Assembly: GCA_030704615.1 (NCBI GenBank)
Contig: CM060733.1
Coordinates: 65,472,001 to 65,536,000, forward strand
Length of the DNA stretch: 64,000 bases
Direction: 5' to 3'
From: Takakia lepidozioides
Taxonomy: Eukaryota; Plantae; Bryophyta
The notes under the pieces are model-generated. The model made no database searches. It worked only from the letters and a program-made list of their open reading frames with translations, and was not told the DNA's origin. Both the position numbers and the translations under genes were made by a program. The number at the start of each line of letters is the position of its first letter. The first letter of the stretch is position 1. This document shows positions 26,109 through 38,159 of the stretch, in pieces.

Positions 26109-29100
26109 TTAATCTTGAAAATCATCCGAATCCTCATCCTGTTCTAGACTGTCCTGCTCCGCCTCCACCCCCTCAGTGCCTTTCTCATCTCCAGCGGACT
26201 GCTCGTTGGCCAGGCTTTCGAAAATCCCATCTTCCCCTTGCGGAACTGTCCATCTCACCTCCGTTGGGTCGTCTTCCTCCCTGTCTGCGTCGCTCTCATC
26301 CGCTGAATCACATATGTACTTTCGTACCCGTCTACCTGTCTGAGCTGCTGCCAACTCTTTCCTTATCCTTCTGTCCTCCTAGCCCTCTCCAAAATCTGCT
26401 CTACTTTACTGGGATTCTCACTTCTTCTAATCGCTGTATTTGCGAGTTTAGCTGCATAACTAGGAAGGGAGTAGTCCCTCACCGGGCTCGTCATGAAGTC
26501 GGCCCTCGCAAAGAACGGGACATTCTTCCTGGCAGGAAGTGTAGGCCCTACATGTTTCGACCCGGACCCTGCAATCCTGCACATGACAATCATCAACGAG
26601 ACTAATGAGAACAGTCGGGAAATTCGTTTGACAAAAATGACCCAGAAGGCTTTGCAAACTTATGTTTGCACTCACTCGTATTCCGGGTTCTCCTCCGCAT
26701 CAATGTCCACTGTCTTCCTCGGACTCCGACGAATCCCGAGGAGACTTCGCTCTGTCGGGAGCCTTAACATTCCGTTGCAGCCCTCCAGATGGGATCCCCA
26801 CACGGATGAATCCTCCTCGTAGGCAAAGAGGTGCCGGTCGGAAAACCGCCCAGCCCACATTGAGGCACCTGTTACAATGCCATCCACACATTACCACATG
26901 GCGCTTCAGATGTTGCGAACTACATCCTAACGAGAATTTGCAGAACAGCATAGATCAAGATTCTGCATACCTGTCCCACAGATGAGGTCGAGCACTGTGC
27001 CCTCCACGTCTGTGCATGTCTCCATAATTGTCTGAATGAAGGCAGGGCTCCGAGTCCGTGAGTACCGCAGGGGTTCCGTTGAAGTGAGGCTATGAGGGAG
27101 AAGTTCCTTGGGAACGTTGTTGAACAGAACGTCGTAATCGAGTGGGTCGCAGTTCGGGTCAACCTTTCCTCCCTCCTTCCGGAAAGCAAAGGTGGAGTTC
27201 TCCTTCACAAAGCAGTATGCATCGAACTGCTTCGTCTGCATACACAGGGGGAAACGATTAGAAACCGAATGCGGCACCGCATTTGAAAACACCCAAGCAA
27301 ATGAATGGACGAGTGCCAGTGTCGTAATCACCTTCTTCCCTTCCGACCGAAGGCCCAGTGTGTTGATGCACGTCCACTTCTTTTTCAGAATCGGGACGGC
27401 GCTCTTGCGGGTCCACTTCGCAATTCCTGTCTGAGTGTTTTTTCCTCTGCTCGCCAGGACAACCACACAGCCTCTGTCGTCCAACACCATGCGGGCAAGC
27501 CCGAATCCTTTCTTCCAAAAGTCCTCCGAGTACCTGTTCCAAGATGGCAAAGCTTGCAGTCCTTCCACAGGCTCTCCGTCCGGAATATCCAAGATGATCA
27601 TATCGCAAGACCACTCGGTGGCATTTCCGCCCCTCCTACAATCCTTGTCTGCACACACCCTCTCAAAGAACGAGACCATATTCTGAAATCCTGGGGTGTC
27701 GGAAGGCTCTTCGGCAGTCGCCTTCTTCAGTGCTCTGCCCTTCAGACCCTCCATGGTCTTCATGTATGCCAACTTGGCTGCCCGTCCATCCAAAGCCGCC
27801 AAGAAACTCTCATTTACACACTGGACTACTGTTTCGGGAGCCACTTTCGGCCTCTTCATTTCCACCGGCTCGAAAGGGTGCCCCCCTGGGGGGTTGAAGA
27901 GTGCCTTCTTTGCCGAGCCAGTTCTCGTGCCTCTCGTGACAACGGTGGGCACAGGGGAGGCAGCCTGCGTTTGGGGGGGTGGGCTGGTTGCAAAGTCTCC
28001 ATCGGAGTCCTCTTCCTCACCCTCTTCCTGAACAGGCTGTTTCTGCTTCTTCGTTTTGGCGGGTGTCACAACAGCTGCTCCTTGCTGGCGAGTCCTCTTC
28101 TTCGACCCCTTCTGTTGGGCCTGCACAGCTGCATCCACCGTCTTTTGTGCCATCTCAGCTGCCTTTCTGGATTCTTCCAGAGCAGCAGATTCCTTTGCCG
28201 ACTTTGGCCCAGCAGGGACACGTCTTTCCTTTCTCTTCTCTTCTGCCAAGGCGTGCAGATCTTTCTCAGACTCGTCAACAATACCGCCAGACATGTCCAG
28301 GTACCACGGGCATCCAACGAGATGCGCGGGATGCCATTGTTTCTGCATCTCGGGTGTGTAGACACAGCTTGGGCCCGCCACGGTCCAAGCCATGAAGAAC
28401 GGGGGCTCTTGAGCCAGGGCCCCTGTCTGAAGGAGCACGTATTTCATATACCTGCAAGGCAGTCAGCATGCGTGAGCAAAGTTGAGACCAACCTACTCGC
28501 AGAGTGCCACCGAAAACATAAAATGCGAATGCGGTGCCGCATTTCCGAGACAAACCTCGTAACCAGGCTTCGCATACAAGGGCAGCTGTGCTTCACCTGT
28601 AAACAATTCGCATTGCAGCTTTCCCCGCTCCCTCCTGATGTGTAAACTCCACGCTCCTTCTTGCTGTCTGTAGCTCTCTGGCGAAAAGGTTGTCCTTGTA
28701 CGCACATCTGAAACGTGTCACGTAGTCTTCCAATGTCTGTGTTCCATCCCATTTGACGTACAAGCCGAACGAATTTGTGTGCATTACGACTTGCTCCTTC
28801 GCATTCGACATTACCTGCGATTCCCAAATGCATTGTCACGTAGCAGTTCAGGGAATTCATTTCAGAAAAGCAAATCTGGGGAAGTACCTTGAATTACCTG
28901 GAACCACCAAGTCATACGGTTGAGCCACACATCCACTGCAGGGTCGGAAACTTCAGTGGAAAAGACCACATTGTCCTTATGCTCTCGGATGCATTCCAGA
29001 TCGACAGCCACCGTGTCTGCCATTTCCGATCCAATGTCAGGAGCTGGAAGAGAGTGGCTATTGCTAGGAAGGAACTTCAGTGCATTGAAACCTCACCTTC

Positions 29101-31211
29101 TCTTTCGCCTCACACATGCCGTTGAGAGGTGATGCAGTTTCTCCAATTGCATGGTCGGCTGCATGGCCCGAGAATAGTGTTTTGCAATCTCGGGGATGAA
29201 GTCCTTTCCAAGTGCCGGATCTGCAATTGCCACCAGCTTCACAAGCTTTGACTTGTATTTGGTTCTGGACTTGACACCGGCTTCCTTCAAGTGCTCAGTC
29301 AATGACTGCAACGTTTTGACCTGCCCCTCACTTTCCATGAAGAAGCGTTTGGCATGGGCCAAATCCAGCTTGATGTTTGACTGCCAACAAAAACATGCAG
29401 AAGCGTTACATTCGATTCATGTGGAAACATTACTGGAAATTGGGGAAGGATGAGCAGAGGGAAATTGGAGGACGACTTACTTCGTATATCACCTCCACCA
29501 TTCCATCCATAGTGAGACGATACCATGTCCGGTCTGTTTTTGCAACGGCTTTCTGAATGAGCTCGGGCTCCAGCATTTCCGCAAACATCTGCGGATCAGT
29601 GAGACCAGTTTTCCTCACCCTGTACAGCATATGTGCCATGTGGGTATGCACGTACGCATTCTCAGTGACCCTGCAAGGCACACTCCAGTTCAGTACACGG
29701 AAGCACGGAAACAAACCAGAATGGAAACCGAAATGCGGCACCGCATTTCGAACGTGCTAGGGAGGGTATGAGTATCTTACGAGTTGAGGTCCGCCATGGC
29801 ATTCTTGAGCAGGGAGGAGTCTGCCGCCTTCACCTTGAGGATGACACACTCCACCATGTAATGCCAGCCAATGTGCTTGGCATGGTTCTGCTTGATGTAC
29901 TCCCACCAGGCGAGAAGTCGGTGATTCCCGTCCCACACAAAGAACATTTTACCCGACATATGGCCGAAGTCTGGATCACCCTTCAGCGTCGCCTCGAATT
30001 CGTGTTGCGAGTGTGCCAGTGGGTATCCCACGTTGACAATTCATCGGCAGTGGGTCCACGAGTTTCGCCGTCCATTCTCAATGGAAACGTAAAACGCTGC
30101 CGATCCCAGACGGTACCCTTCTCGAAATGCGAACTTGAGCTTATCCACATCTCCGGGAAGGGCCTGCCTGACGATGGGAAGGGAGACCATGCGACAGAGT
30201 GGGATTCGAAGAGTCCGCTGGAATACCCTGCTGCCCAGAACTCTGCCAATGCTACTGTGTGTCTCCTCCAACATTTATCCGCTGCACTTTTGAAATCCTC
30301 CGGAGACATGTCTGTAGGTGCCGGTAGTGGCTGAGCAGCTGGAGCATCCTCACTGGAGCTGCACTCTGGGGCCTGTCTGCGGGCAATTCTGCCATTGCAG
30401 AGGCCTCCTCCGGGCCTGCTGCTCATCGGTGGTGAGGTCTTGCTGCGAACGTTGAGCGGCAGCACCTCCTCCGGTACCAAATCGAGATCAACGGTCGATC
30501 CCATTGCCTTCGCTGCAGCAGAGTCGGCCCCAACATCTGCAGGCGGGAAATCCTCCAGGAACTGAGCTTCAGCTCGTGGAAGCGGTTTTGCGGGAGATTG
30601 TTCGGCCGTCGCCCTGATTGCCTTCTGCTTCCTCATCCTTGCAGGTGAAGGTGTCTGCTGCAATTGAATCTGTCTTTACCCTGCTGCTTCATTCGCGTTG
30701 GGGGGGGTGAATCGGCCTGAGCCGGTTCAGAAGCCAGTAGAGGGACGGGCTGCTTCTTCTTCGACTTTGCTGGAGAAGGGCCCGACCCCTGCTGGCGATT
30801 CTCCATGACCGAAGAACGCGAGTCGATCTCTGGGGCTTTGAACTTGCCCTTCGAAGACGCGTCTTTGAATCGCACAGGGCTAGGCCCGGCAGGAATACCC
30901 GCGCTCGGGGGATCGGGTGGGTGTACGTGCTGCAGCTAGCTCCTCGGACTCTTCCTGCGGGCTCTTCGGATTCCTGCGATCCCTCCAGCACGTCCACCTT
31001 TCCTGTTAGGCATGCAAACATGTTCTGCATTCAAGTCTCCTAGCATTCAGTCTAAGAATTACAGAAGCAAAATGGGGGGTTCGGTGCTCGATCAGCTGCG
31101 CGCAGCCCGATCGCATGGAGCTCTCACTGGTGGCTGGGTTGCCTGAGTGGCCTGCTGCTCGGAGATGGCAATCTCCTCCTGTAGACGCATCTGCTTCCTC
31201 CCCTTCGGCAT
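26109..31211 (-). CDS. B1 multi-exon protein: N-terminal low-complexity region, ParB/Srx-like domain, helical middle region, beta-class N4/N6 DNA methyltransferase-like domain, acidic tail (frameshifts present)
   Basis: ParB-like LRIPLCRMVSLPIVRQALPGDVDKLKFAFREGY...MFFVWDGNHRLLAW. MTase motif IV-like CDMIILDIPDG precedes motifs X-I-II RTRSPAFIQTIMETCTDVEGTVLDLICGTG|ASMWAGRFSDRHLFAYEED (GT-AG intron 26970-26869). The start codon at 31211 is tentative. Confidence 0.75.
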
Positions 31212-31636
31212 TGGCCTACGTCCGAAGTATAATTTCCGGAGCTTGCGACGAGGTCTCCTGTCTGGTGCACGAACTCCCCTCTCAGGTTCGAGCATAAGAA
31301 GAACAGAGAGAGGGAAAAGGGGCAAAGAGTGCAGATGGAAAGGGCGCGAGAGGGGTGACTGAGGAGACACGACAAAAGTAGATGAAACGGCGGTGATGCA
31401 CCACTTGGGTTCGAAAGGGTTGGACGAAAGTGTCTCCTCGTGGGTTTGCGTCATTACGAAATTCGAATCGTTGAGGGTACGCCTGCCGTCCGAAAAACAA
31501 ACATCATTATCCAACGGTCAGGCCGCGCCGCCTCATGCCCTTCAGTCAGATAGAGTGCCGACATGTGCAGCAATTCCGTTGCTCCACGTGTTCACATTTC
31601 AAGGCATTTCCGTCCCAGCGTCTGATGAGTTGGAGA

Positions 31637-32727
31637 AAATGCGAATGCGGCGCCGCATTTCCGTTAAGTAACACATACCTTAGTTGTTGAACGGAAATAT
31701 GCCGCATTTCCGTCCCACAGCTCCATGTATGAGAAGGGAAATGCGGCGCCGCATTTCCGTTTAGAATGTCGGAAGGTGCGAACGGAAATGCGGTGCCGCA
31801 TTTCTGTTCCCGTTGTTCACGATTTTCAGTCAGAAGGAAATGCGGTACCGCATTTTTCCTTGGAAATGCCCGCATTTTCGTTCCACAGCTCCATGCCTCA
31901 CATACAAAACGGAAATGCGGCGCCGCATTTCCGTTGGAAAAGGATTTTCAACGGAAATGCGGTTTCCAGGAAAACATTTTCGTTTGGGAAATGCGGCGCC
32001 GCATTTCCGTTTTGGAATGTCCGACTCGAGGAAATAACCGCATTTCAGTTCCGATTCACGATTTTTCATCAGAACGGAAATGCGGTGCCGCATTTCCGTT
32101 CTTGGGAGGACTCGGATGGAAATGCGCTGCCGCATTTCAGTTCCGATGGTTCACGATTTTCAGTCAGAACGGAAATGCGGTACCGCATTTCCGTTCTGGA
32201 TAGTGAATGTCTCAAAATTTCGGCTCCATGCATCAGATACAAAATGGAAATGCGGCGCCGCATTTCCGTTCTGGAATGTCGGAAAAGTGCGACTCGGACG
32301 GAAATGCGGTGCCGCATTTCTGTTCCCGTTGTTCATAATTCTCAATCAGAACGGAAAACGGTACCGCATTTCCGTTCCACCTTCACATACCGTGCAATGC
32401 CGCATTTCCGTTCTGGAGAGTATGAATGTCGGACGGAAAAGGCTCCATCAGGGAAATGGCGCCGCATTTCGTTCTGGAATGTCGGAAGTGCGACTCGGAC
32501 GGAAATGCGGTGCCGCATTTCTGTTCCCGTTGTTCATAATCTCAATCAGAACGGAAATGCGGTTCCGTTCCCACCTTCACATACCGTGCTTGCTGGATGG
32601 AAATGCGTTACCGCATTTCCGTTCTGGAGAGTATAAAGGTTTCCCCGGACGGAAACTCGGTGCCGCATTTCCGTCGCTCTGGTGCATGACCAAGATGCAA
32701 TACGGAAATGCGGCGCCGTATTTCCGT
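31637..32727. repeat. B1 palindrome array 2 in the divergent intergenic region between the ParB-MTase gene and the transposase
   Basis: More than 20 copies of GGAAATGCGG(CG/TG/CA/TA)CCGCATTTCC separated by ~30-bp spacers of a few recurring types. Confidence 0.95.
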
Positions 32728-33139
32728 CCACCAGCAATCGAAGAATCACTCGGGACGGGGAAATCTGGAACCTGAATGGGTTGCATTGTTCCGAAACAAC
32801 ACAATTGCGGCCAGTCTTGATGAGCACAACTTGGTTGTCTGACCGTTTTAACAGTCCTGGCACTTGTCAGTGCGAACGTTCCTGTCTGCACCGAGAATAC
32901 TGCTGGATCCACCCTCAGGAGAAACTGTCAGGAGATGTTATTTCGTCGCCGAATCGGCCATCATTGTCATACTTACTGGCTATGGAATCAAACCTCCCAC
33001 CTTCATGCATGTAGCTTGAAAACAATACTTTCCACTTCAATGTGCGACTTCCAATCGTCGATGGACTCCGCATGGTGCCTGTGAGCCTTGGTCTGTCGCT
33101 ATACTGAACCTCGCACTTGCCAACTTCGTGCGGTCTTCG

Positions 33140-36100
33140 ATGTGCCGAATTCCTACGCTATAGTTTGCTGTCCTCCCGAACTTGGGAGAGCCTGGATCCC
33201 AAACGAGGGAGGACTTTGCAGAGTGACTGAAACTTACCTTTGTTCCAAATTCAAGCTCAAACCGGGCACAGTTTATTTGGAAGAAGAAAGGAAGGATGTT
33301 CCTGGACAGGTTGACGAGACCATTGTCGTGCTAGGTAACGACGGAGGTTGCGGAATCGAATGGCACGTACCCCATCAGACACCATCCTGTACCGAGCTGT
33401 GGGAATGCCCATTCCCTTTCCGAATCAATCGCTGCCCACACCATCCACAAAGGAGTCCGGAAAACCGACAGGCGGCCACTGCCAACAGAGAGGTATGCAA
33501 CGATAATCATTCCCGACCTGGACCGTCAAGACCTCCATAGCTTCTCGTGTGGACGTATTCGACATTTCCGACGAGGAAGATGATTGCATTGAGGTCCCCA
33601 TGTCCTCCACACGGTCGTTCAAAATCCAGCATGGACGTCTCTGTAGGTGCTACGCATGTGCCCACGAGCATAACTCCAACCCGGTCCATTGTGCAGCTCC
33701 TACGACAACATCACCTCGATGGTTCTCGCTCCGAGCTGGCTGCTCTTGACTATGCCAAATTCCCAGTCAGAAAGGTAACGTTTCTGCCTCGAAGTCGATG
33801 GCAATGTCATCTTCGAGTTTCCACCTGTTTCTTCGTCAAACAAAGCCTCCGGGATGTTAACAGACATGGATCGAAAGCATGACGGACACCCCTGGTGTGT
33901 GACGAAGACCAGTAGCACGAAAATTGCTGATGGTGTTCGTGTACGATATGTCCTCTGTGCGGGGAAGCTGAGGTGCCTCAATCCCACCTGCTTCCACTTT
34001 CTCTCCAAAGGAGGGCGGAGAAACGAGACGGATTGGACTGGCACAACGCATCATCCATTCATTGTCTCCAGCCAAGCTCCTGCGGGTTCTTCAAGTGTGC
34101 ACATTGCAAAGAAACCACCGACGTGCATGTCCATGTGCAGAGCCAAGCAATATTACGTAATCCATTTGCTCCCGGACTTGACTAGAGCTTGCATACACGT
34201 TGGGGTCCACTGCCACCCCTTGGCGAGAGGCAACATGCGTGAGGCTATGCAGGAAGCACACGACATCATAAAAGAGGAGGTGAAATTGAGCCCCGGAGCC
34301 AGACCAAAGCAGATTCAGCTGAAGGCAGCCCACAAGATTGCTCTTGGCAAAATCATGTCTGAAGATGGTTCCGACCGAGAGCCCTTGACCGAAGAGGAGA
34401 TGCGTGACCTCTTGGAGTCCGTCTCGCACGTTTGTAGTCCGTCTTGCACGTTTGTAGTCCGAATGTGCGGAATCACATCATATCTTGCAAGCAGGAGTTC
34501 GGCAGGGGGTCAGACATGTACTCAATCCTGGAGGTGAAACGAATGACTGGATATGACTACATCCAAGGTAGCAGGTTTCCAGGGCAAGGCAGCGAATCCG
34601 ATTGTTGTTACATTTTCAAAATGACGACGTGTGGGCCTGGGAGTGGAGTCGACTTGGTCACTCGCATGACAACTGGAAACTTGTCGAATGCTTGGGTGAT
34701 GTTTGATCACATCAAGCGAATTACAAACCATCAGTGGGTGACTATGGGTGCGCATGTTTATGACTATCACTCCAAGAGGCTCATGACGATTGCAATCTGC
34801 GAGATGAAAGGGGAGGACACACAGTCCGAGATGCATCTGTGGGAGGGCATAAACGAGCAGATGGCAAGGGCGGGATTGCCAGAGCCCAATTTCAGGGGAT
34901 TCATGGCAGACAACGCTCAGGCCAACTGGGCAGCGGTGTGGCGTGTGTACGGTGAGGACCCCAATGTTCCAATGGAGGGGAAAGAGAGATCCTATGGATT
35001 CCATTGGATGCAGAGTCTATCCCACTACACTACCAAATTTGTTGCTAGCTCATTCCAGGCTGAACACCGTGTCCTTTGTAGGGCGTGGAAGGATGCACCC
35101 ACATTTGATGACGCGGAGGTTAAGTTTTCTATCATCGAGGCTTGGTGGAACACGTCAGGTGCAGTGGAGACAACCAATCTGGGAGCATTGCACAGCTGGT
35201 TGGGGTGGTGGCATTTTCGGTATCGACAGTTCGGACAGTACATGCGGGAGGTAGGCTGCTGTCATTTTCGTTCATTTGTCTTTCTGTTACGGACATTTCG
35301 ATTGGTCCCTCACCATTGTTTGTGTCCTTCTAGGAGCGGTGCTTGGATTCCGACACGGACATGCCAAACACGAATATGGTAGAATCGGTCCACTCCTCCT
35401 GGCGAGCGTCTTCTGCCGCACATCTGGTGGACGTAGTGACGGCCACAACAGAGGACATCGACAGAGCAATCATGCAGCAAGCCACGTACTACAAGTTCCT
35501 GAGCGGCAAACAATGGGGCTTTGGCCGGACAGGGAGGAATTGTTGGTACGAACAGCTTCGAGGTCCAAGAATCCACTGAAATGGGCGACAGCATTGCGAG
35601 AGAAGATCAAAGGGACGCCTCTGCACTGCAGAGGTGAACATCTAGAGGGGGACGTCCGGACTCGCCCTGTGAAGCGGAGGATTGAAGAGGAACCCGGGTG
35701 CGAAGAGGATTCCTGGAGATCCGACAGGAACATTCGGACAGCACCTCGAGGTCCCGTCATGTTGCCGCACAATGTGTCTTCCAGTAGTGGAAGCCCAAGA
35801 AATTCCAGATCGCCGTCGCCTTCAACCGGGGATTTCGTGCGAGAAATTCCCACCGCTCCCTTGCCCCAGATTTCGCCCGCTGTTATGCAGTATGGCCAAG
35901 CCATTGTGGAGACGACTGTGTCTGCATCACAGTGGAGAATTGCTCGCACAAAGCCGTCGTTTCGAGGAAGGTGTTCCGCAATTCGTGTGGATACACGGCA
36001 ACGTTGTTTAGAGATGATAAAGAGGAATCCAGATGGGGTTGTCCCTGCTCCTACTTTTACAGGAAGATTTGTCCATGCAAAGTTTGCGGAGGCGACAACC

Positions 36101-36764
36101 ACCCAGTTCTGGTTCTGCAGGCACGACATTATGACTTGCGTGTATGGAAAGCCCAAGTATGGCATACAAACAATGCCAGAGGCTCCCCCGGTGTGGCCGG
36201 TGGAACCAGGCTGCGATCTGAGTCAGGTTGAGGCCGACGCCCTTACCGCCGCAGGATTTCTGACGTCCCCAGATTTCTGACGTCCCCAGACAACCATTTC
36301 CGCTTCCACAGCCTCCACCACCGACCCCTGTGAGAGCAAGAACAATGGGACACGACAGCTCTAAGCATCCTACACACCGTTGGGGGAAACCAAAGAGGCG
36401 GCGACCTCCCTCAAAAGTGAACGAGACAAGGATGGGGAATGCACTTCGGATGAACTGTACAATCCAGAGCTTGACAGAAGTGCGCCCACCAGGATTCGGG
36501 CATGTGTATCAGATGGCCACGGCAGGCTCAGCTGTTCGCAATGAGGTGTACACCATCACCATTTCAGAATTACCCACCTGCAATTGCACTGACTTCTGGA
36601 TCATGGCGAACAAGGGGGCATCATACTGCCCTTGCAAGCATTTGTACTACGTGTACCTAAAGAGACTCCGTTGTAATTCCACAACTCATCACTTCATACA
36701 TGCACCAGGGTTGAGCCCCCAGGAGGTTCACACTCTTCTGAATATGGATCCAGGGGACCAGTGA
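33140..36764 (+). CDS. B1 transposase: GCM/WRKY-type Zn finger + MULE DDE core + Cys-rich domain + SWIM finger; intron 35251-35333; several frameshifts
   Basis: HDGHPWC..YVLCAGKLRCLNPTC..CAHC..C...C..HVGVHCHP (GCM-like); WVMFDHIKR (D1); GFMADNAQAN...ERSYGFHW (D2 + CxFH-like); PNTNMVESVH (E); CNCTDF...PCKHLY (SWIM). Confidence 0.9.
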
Positions 36765-37539
36765 GCTTGGCTTGCGGTCCCAATACAATGGTATGCCCAT
36801 CCTTTTCGGATAGTAGAACTGTACTGCTGCCAGTACCTCAGACTCTGACCACAGAAAGGTCCGACTTATGTCTTGCCTACCAGTAACCTGTTTTGCTCGA
36901 ACTAAGATATTACTATATCGTTCACTTGTTTCCACGTGCATGTATTTTTGTATGTTGGAGGGTTCATGTTTTTCTGCTTTCCGAAATTTTGCTTTCCTCA
37001 TTTGACCTCCGACAAGGAAATGCGGCGCCGCATTTCCAAGTATCGTCGTAGGTACTGGTAGAGGCGGCCTTCGCCAACACCAAACCGCTCTGAAATTTCG
37101 CACGTGCGAACCCTAATGCGGCACTTATTTCCCAGTTCAGTTGCAAACCTTTCCCGCCGAATACCCGAAGAAGACAGAATTGTGAAGTACTGCAGACTGT
37201 ATTGGTGCAGATTCCATTGGTTCAATCGAGGCAAAAGGGTCAGCTTCATTCCAATGTTAAGGCATGTAAAACCGCGGAATACTCTATACAGGCCAGTATG
37301 CGACGTCCTTTTGCAGTGGTATACTGGATTTCCCGTTGCACGGTCATTTATTTCCATGAGCGGATCTAAAAAACCATGAGCGGACTTGTTACTGACGACA
37401 TATCTTCGCCGCATTACATGATCTGGAACGTCCAAAAACGGCAAGGTCAAATTAAAAACTATTATTTTAATACTTGTTTAATCTGCCGCATTTCCAAATT
37501 TGGAGGAGTCCGCTCATGAAATCCGCGTATCTTAGACTT

Positions 37540-37614
37540 CGGCTCACCGCTCATGCGGCTCATGCGGCTCATGGCTCATGGCTCATGGTTTCTGCTCATG
37601 AAATAGTAAACCTC
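37540..37614 (-). repeat. Right TIR of B1 with GCTCATG / GCTCATGCG repeats
   Basis: Inverted counterpart of the left-end CATGAGC array. Confidence 0.9.
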
Positions 37615-37759
37615 GTGTAGGAGAGTAGTGCCCATTCCAGCTATGACAGTTAGGACACACTTGTATAGATGTGGCTTGCCACAAAATTTCCAATAAAATG
37701 TTGCATTTCATTGCTATGACGAGTCCAGTGGTACCACATTCCAACTTCAAATGACCCGA

Positions 37760-37861
37760 TTTCCGTGCCTCCTAACCCTATTTCCGTGGACACACAATTG
37801 TCCGCTCATGCTTTTTTTTTTTTCCGCTCATGCTCATGCCGCTCATGAAATAGCAGCCCCC
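37760..37861 (-). repeat. Terminal/subterminal repeat of element A (homologous to the B left end)
   Basis: Reverse complement reads GGGGGCTGCTATTTCATGAGCGGCATGAGC...GTGTCCACGGAAATAGGGTTAGG, paralleling 22943-23075. Confidence 0.88.
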
Positions 37862-38159
37862 GGTGTTCGGGATTGGTAATTGTGTTGGAGATTGTGCTTA
37901 AGATTTTGGGTATAAGAGGTAGGTCATCGGCGTGAGATGGCATATACATGTGAATGAGGATAATGCACTAGAAGAGAAAACGGGTTTTTCCACGGGTTTT
38001 TCCGCACTTTTTGCTGTGGAATGTGCCCCAGTCCACACCTGCCGTGGGTGTAAGGAACGACTAGTCTTTTCGGACACCCCGTGGACGCCCTGGCTCTCGG
38101 ATGGCCCTGTGGAAAAATCCATATTGGCTTTTTCCACAGGTTACTAATTGTGGGTGTGA

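Larger units (their letters stand above)
22943..37614. mobile_element. Element B1: complete ~14.7-kb Mutator-like transposon with cargo genes
   Basis: Left end GGGGGCTGCTATTTCATGAGC; right end GCTCATGAAATAGTAAACCTC. 8-bp TSD GTCTAGGA (22935-22942) / GTGTAGGA (37615-37622), 7/8 identical. A second copy begins at the same base at 50398. Confidence 0.92.
19110..37861 (+). mobile_element. Element A: related Mutator-like element, left end missing, interrupted by B1; right terminus at 37861
   Basis: Right end ...GCTCATGAAATAGCAGCCCCC (37841-37861) is the reverse complement of the B left TIR. It carries a paralog of the B ParB-methyltransferase gene, and its sequence resumes at 37623 after the B1 TSD. 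Confidence 0.75.

Noticed and set aside
27305-28645. 446-aa plus-strand ORF
   Set aside because: Antisense shadow of the MTase-like exon; no independent motifs.
26109-31211. Bacterial or phage contamination explaining the ParB-MTase
   Set aside because: The gene has multiple GT-AG introns, lies within MULE TIRs and is contiguous with plant genes.
31546-32912. Many long overlapping ORFs (EMRRRIS / GNAAPHF / KCGAAF)
   Set aside because: Translations of the stop-poor palindrome array on all frames; the same applies at 25.3-26.0, 52.8-53.6 and 59.1-60.8 kb.
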